Made by a program: the position numbers and the translations under genes. Below are positions 24,836 through 26,836 of a stretch of 26,836 nt of DNA, one piece after another. How positions within the stretch are numbered: the stretch's first letter is position 1; each line of letters opens with the position of its first letter. The notes beneath the pieces are model-generated. The model was not told where the DNA came from, did no database searches, and saw only the letters and a list, made by a program, of their open reading frames with translations. Location of the stretch: positions 63,401 to 90,236 of the forward strand of contig JBBIIG010000012.1 in assembly GCA_037446635.1 (NCBI GenBank), read 5' to 3'. The stretch is from a bacterium. GTDB lineage: Bacteria; Zhuqueibacterota; Zhuqueibacteria; Oceanimicrobiales; Oceanimicrobiaceae.

Positions 24836-26323
24836 CTAATAATTATCAATCTGTGCCCGCTGCAATTTCCCCGAAAAATCCACGAACACGGTTTTGGTTT
24901 CGCTGAAAAATTCATAGACCGTCCAGCCGCCTTCGCGGTGACCGTTGCCGGTTTCCTTCACGCCGCCAAACGGCATGTGCGCCTCCGCGCCGATGGTCGG
25001 CCCGTTGATGTACGTGATGCCGGCTTCGATATCGCGGATGGCTTTGAAGGCCTGATTGACATCGCGGGTGTAAATGGAAGACGAGAGGCCGTATTTCGTA
25101 TTATTCAAAACTTTGATGGCTTCGTCGAAGGTTTTCACTCGCAGCACCGACAGCACTGGCCCAAAAATCTCTTCTTTGGCAATGCGCATCTCCGGTGTCA
25201 CGTCCGTGAAGATGGTGGGTTTATAAAACCAGCCGTTCTTGCATTCACCCTCATCATAAATTTGGCCGCCGGTCACCAGCGTCGCGCCTTCTTTTTTGCC
25301 GATTTCTACGTATTCCTCCACCGTATCGCGTTGGCCTTTGTTGATAAGCGGCCCGACGTTCGTGCCGGATTTCAAGCCATCTCCCAATTTCAAACCTTCC
25401 GCCGCGGAGACAAGCATGTCCATGAATTTCTTATAAATCGGTTCGTGCAGAATCAAGCGGCTGGTCGCGGTGCAGCGCTGTCCGGTGGTGCCGAACGCGC
25501 CCCACAACACACCCTCCAGCGCCAGCTCAAGGTCGGCGTCTTCCATCACGATTTGCGCGTTTTTGCCGCCCAATTCCAGCGACACCCGCTTGAGCGAATC
25601 GCTGGCAATTTTGGAAATAGTTTTGCCCACGCCGGTGGAGCCGGTGAATGAAATTAAATTCACTTCGGGATGCTCTACCAACGGAATGCCTACACGACTT
25701 CCGCCGCCGTGCACGAGGTTCACCACTTTCGGCGGCACGCCGGCTTCGAGTAAAATTTCGACGAACGCCGTGGCAGTGAGCGGCGTGTCCGACGCCGGTT
25801 TAAACACCACGCAATTGCCACACACCAGCGCCGGGAAAATCTTCCACGTGGGAATGGCCATGGGAAAATTCCACGGGGTGATGATGCCCGCCACGCCGAT
25901 GGGCATGCGCAGGCTCATGTTGAATTTATTGGGAAGCTCGGAAGGAACGGTGTGGCCGAAAAGGCGGCGGCCTTCGCTGGCCGCGTAGTAGGCGGTGTCG
26001 ATGCCCTCTTGCACGTCCCCGCGGGTTTCGTCGAGCACCTTGCCCATCTCGCGGGTCATGTTGCGAGCGAGTTCCTCTTTGCGGGCGACCATGAGGTCGC
26101 CGGCTTTGCGGATGATGTCGCCGCGTTTGGGCGCCGGCGTCAGCCGCCACGCGTCAAAGGCCTCGCGCGCCGACTTCACCGCCGCATCGACGTCTTCTTT
26201 ACTGGAATTGGGGAAGAGGCCAACCACCTCTTCCCAGTTGGCGGGATTGCGGTTTTCGAAGGTCTCGCCGCTCTTGGCATCCACCCATTTGGCAGCGATG
26301 AAGTTCTGGTATTTCTTTGCCAT
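24836..26323 (-). CDS. NAD(P)-dependent aldehyde dehydrogenase, likely aminoadipate-semialdehyde/P6C dehydrogenase partner of lat
   Basis: ITPWNFP, FKPAS, FTGSTGVG, LELGGKN (catalytic Glu), GQRCTA (catalytic Cys), EEIFGPV, PFGGVK. Substrate is inferred from context only. Confidence 0.93.
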   Translation of the reverse strand: MAKKYQNFIAAKWVDAKSGETFENRNPANWEEVVGLFPNSSKEDVDAAVKSAREAFDAWRLTPAPKRGDIIRKAGDLMVARKEELARNMTREMGKVLDETRGDVQEGIDTAYYAASEGRRLFGHTVPSELPNKFNMSLRMPIGVAGIITPWNFPMAIPTWKIFPALVCGNCVVFKPASDTPLTATAFVEILLEAGVPPKVVNLVHGGGSRVGIPLVEHPEVNLISFTGSTGVGKTISKIASDSLKRVSLELGGKNAQIVMEDADLELALEGVLWGAFGTTGQRCTATSRLILHEPIYKKFMDMLVSAAEGLKLGDGLKSGTNVGPLINKGQRDTVEEYVEIGKKEGATLVTGGQIYDEGECKNGWFYKPTIFTDVTPEMRIAKEEIFGPVLSVLRVKTFDEAIKVLNNTKYGLSSSIYTRDVNQAFKAIRDIEAGITYINGPTIGAEAHMPFGGVKETGNGHREGGWTVYEFFSETKTVFVDFSGKLQRAQIDNY

Positions 26324-26400
26324 ATTTGCCTCGAACGATTCTCTAAGCGAATAAAAAATAAAGGCTCACGTCCGCCTTCATTGCTAAAAAATGCGAGGGC

Positions 26401-26429
26401 AAAATAGCGAAAAATCGGCTAAAAGTCAA
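26401..26429 (-). promoter_or_regulatory. sigma70-type promoter of the ALDH-lat unit
   Basis: - strand TTGACT (26429-26424), 17-bp spacer, TATTTT (26406-26401), about 78 bp upstream of the ALDH ATG. Confidence 0.65.
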
Positions 26430-26540
26430 GAAAGAAAGCCGGGAAGAAACTGGGAGGTTAAAGTCATGAAGAGTCAAGTGGGAAGTGGCTGGAGAAAAAG
26501 AGATTAATGACCCTCCCCATACCTTGCAACGGTCAAACTA

Positions 26541-26688
26541 AGTACTCCATTTCACAATTATGTGTAGGGTTGTAGTCCCCACCCCCTTTTGGGCGGCTGT
26601 TATTGAAGGCTAAATTTAGTGCTAAAACATCGACCCACAACGGGTCGGGACTACGGATACCCTACAAGGATTTTTGAAATGGAGTACT
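26541..26688. mobile_element. MITE-like non-autonomous element with nested GTAG/REP-like repeats
   Basis: Perfect 14-bp terminal IR AGTACTCCATTTCA (26541-26554) / TGAAATGGAGTACT (26675-26688), extending imperfectly inward. Direct repeat CTAAG at 26538-26542 and 26687-26691. No ORF. Confidence 0.75.
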
Positions 26689-26737
26689 AAGCAATCAAAA
26701 ATTTTTCACGACAATCAAATTTTTTCTTGCGAATCGG

Positions 26738-26836
<99 letters not shown>

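Overview
Bacterial genomic window, probably a contig end. The secreted proteins carry an FlgD-Ig/T9SS-like C-terminal domain (CTD) and ino1 looks Bacteroidetes-like, which suggests an FCB-group organism such as KSB1/Calditrichota (inference). The + strand holds a Rieske 2Fe-2S gene with its own sigma70 promoter, a degraded thioredoxin and a Zn-dependent dehydrogenase. Everything from 26323 to 2228 is on the - strand: ALDH, decayed hicA with intact hicB, lat, a Zn-ribbon/RHH regulator, rsmI, a CDP-alcohol phosphatidyltransferase, [lipoprotein + Asp-box protein with CTD], ino1, MATE, tmk, S41 protease, [putative lipoprotein + M43 protease], ppdK, an MtnX-like HAD phosphatase, a D-cysteine-desulfhydrase-like enzyme, a lipoprotein and a DHODH-like flavoprotein. 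Main observations: (1) two AT-richer cassettes with the same 'small lipoprotein + large CTD-tagged secreted protein' layout sit between housekeeping genes, and one splits a probable inositol-lipid operon; (2) the M43 protease has lost most of its CTD, leaving the last 26 codons out of frame; (3) hicA carries three lesions and has another gene remnant beside it; (4) an MqsA-type Zn ribbon is fused to an Arc-type RHH domain with no adjacent toxin; (5) there are several unrelated intergenic palindromes and a MITE-like element with nested GTAG repeats.
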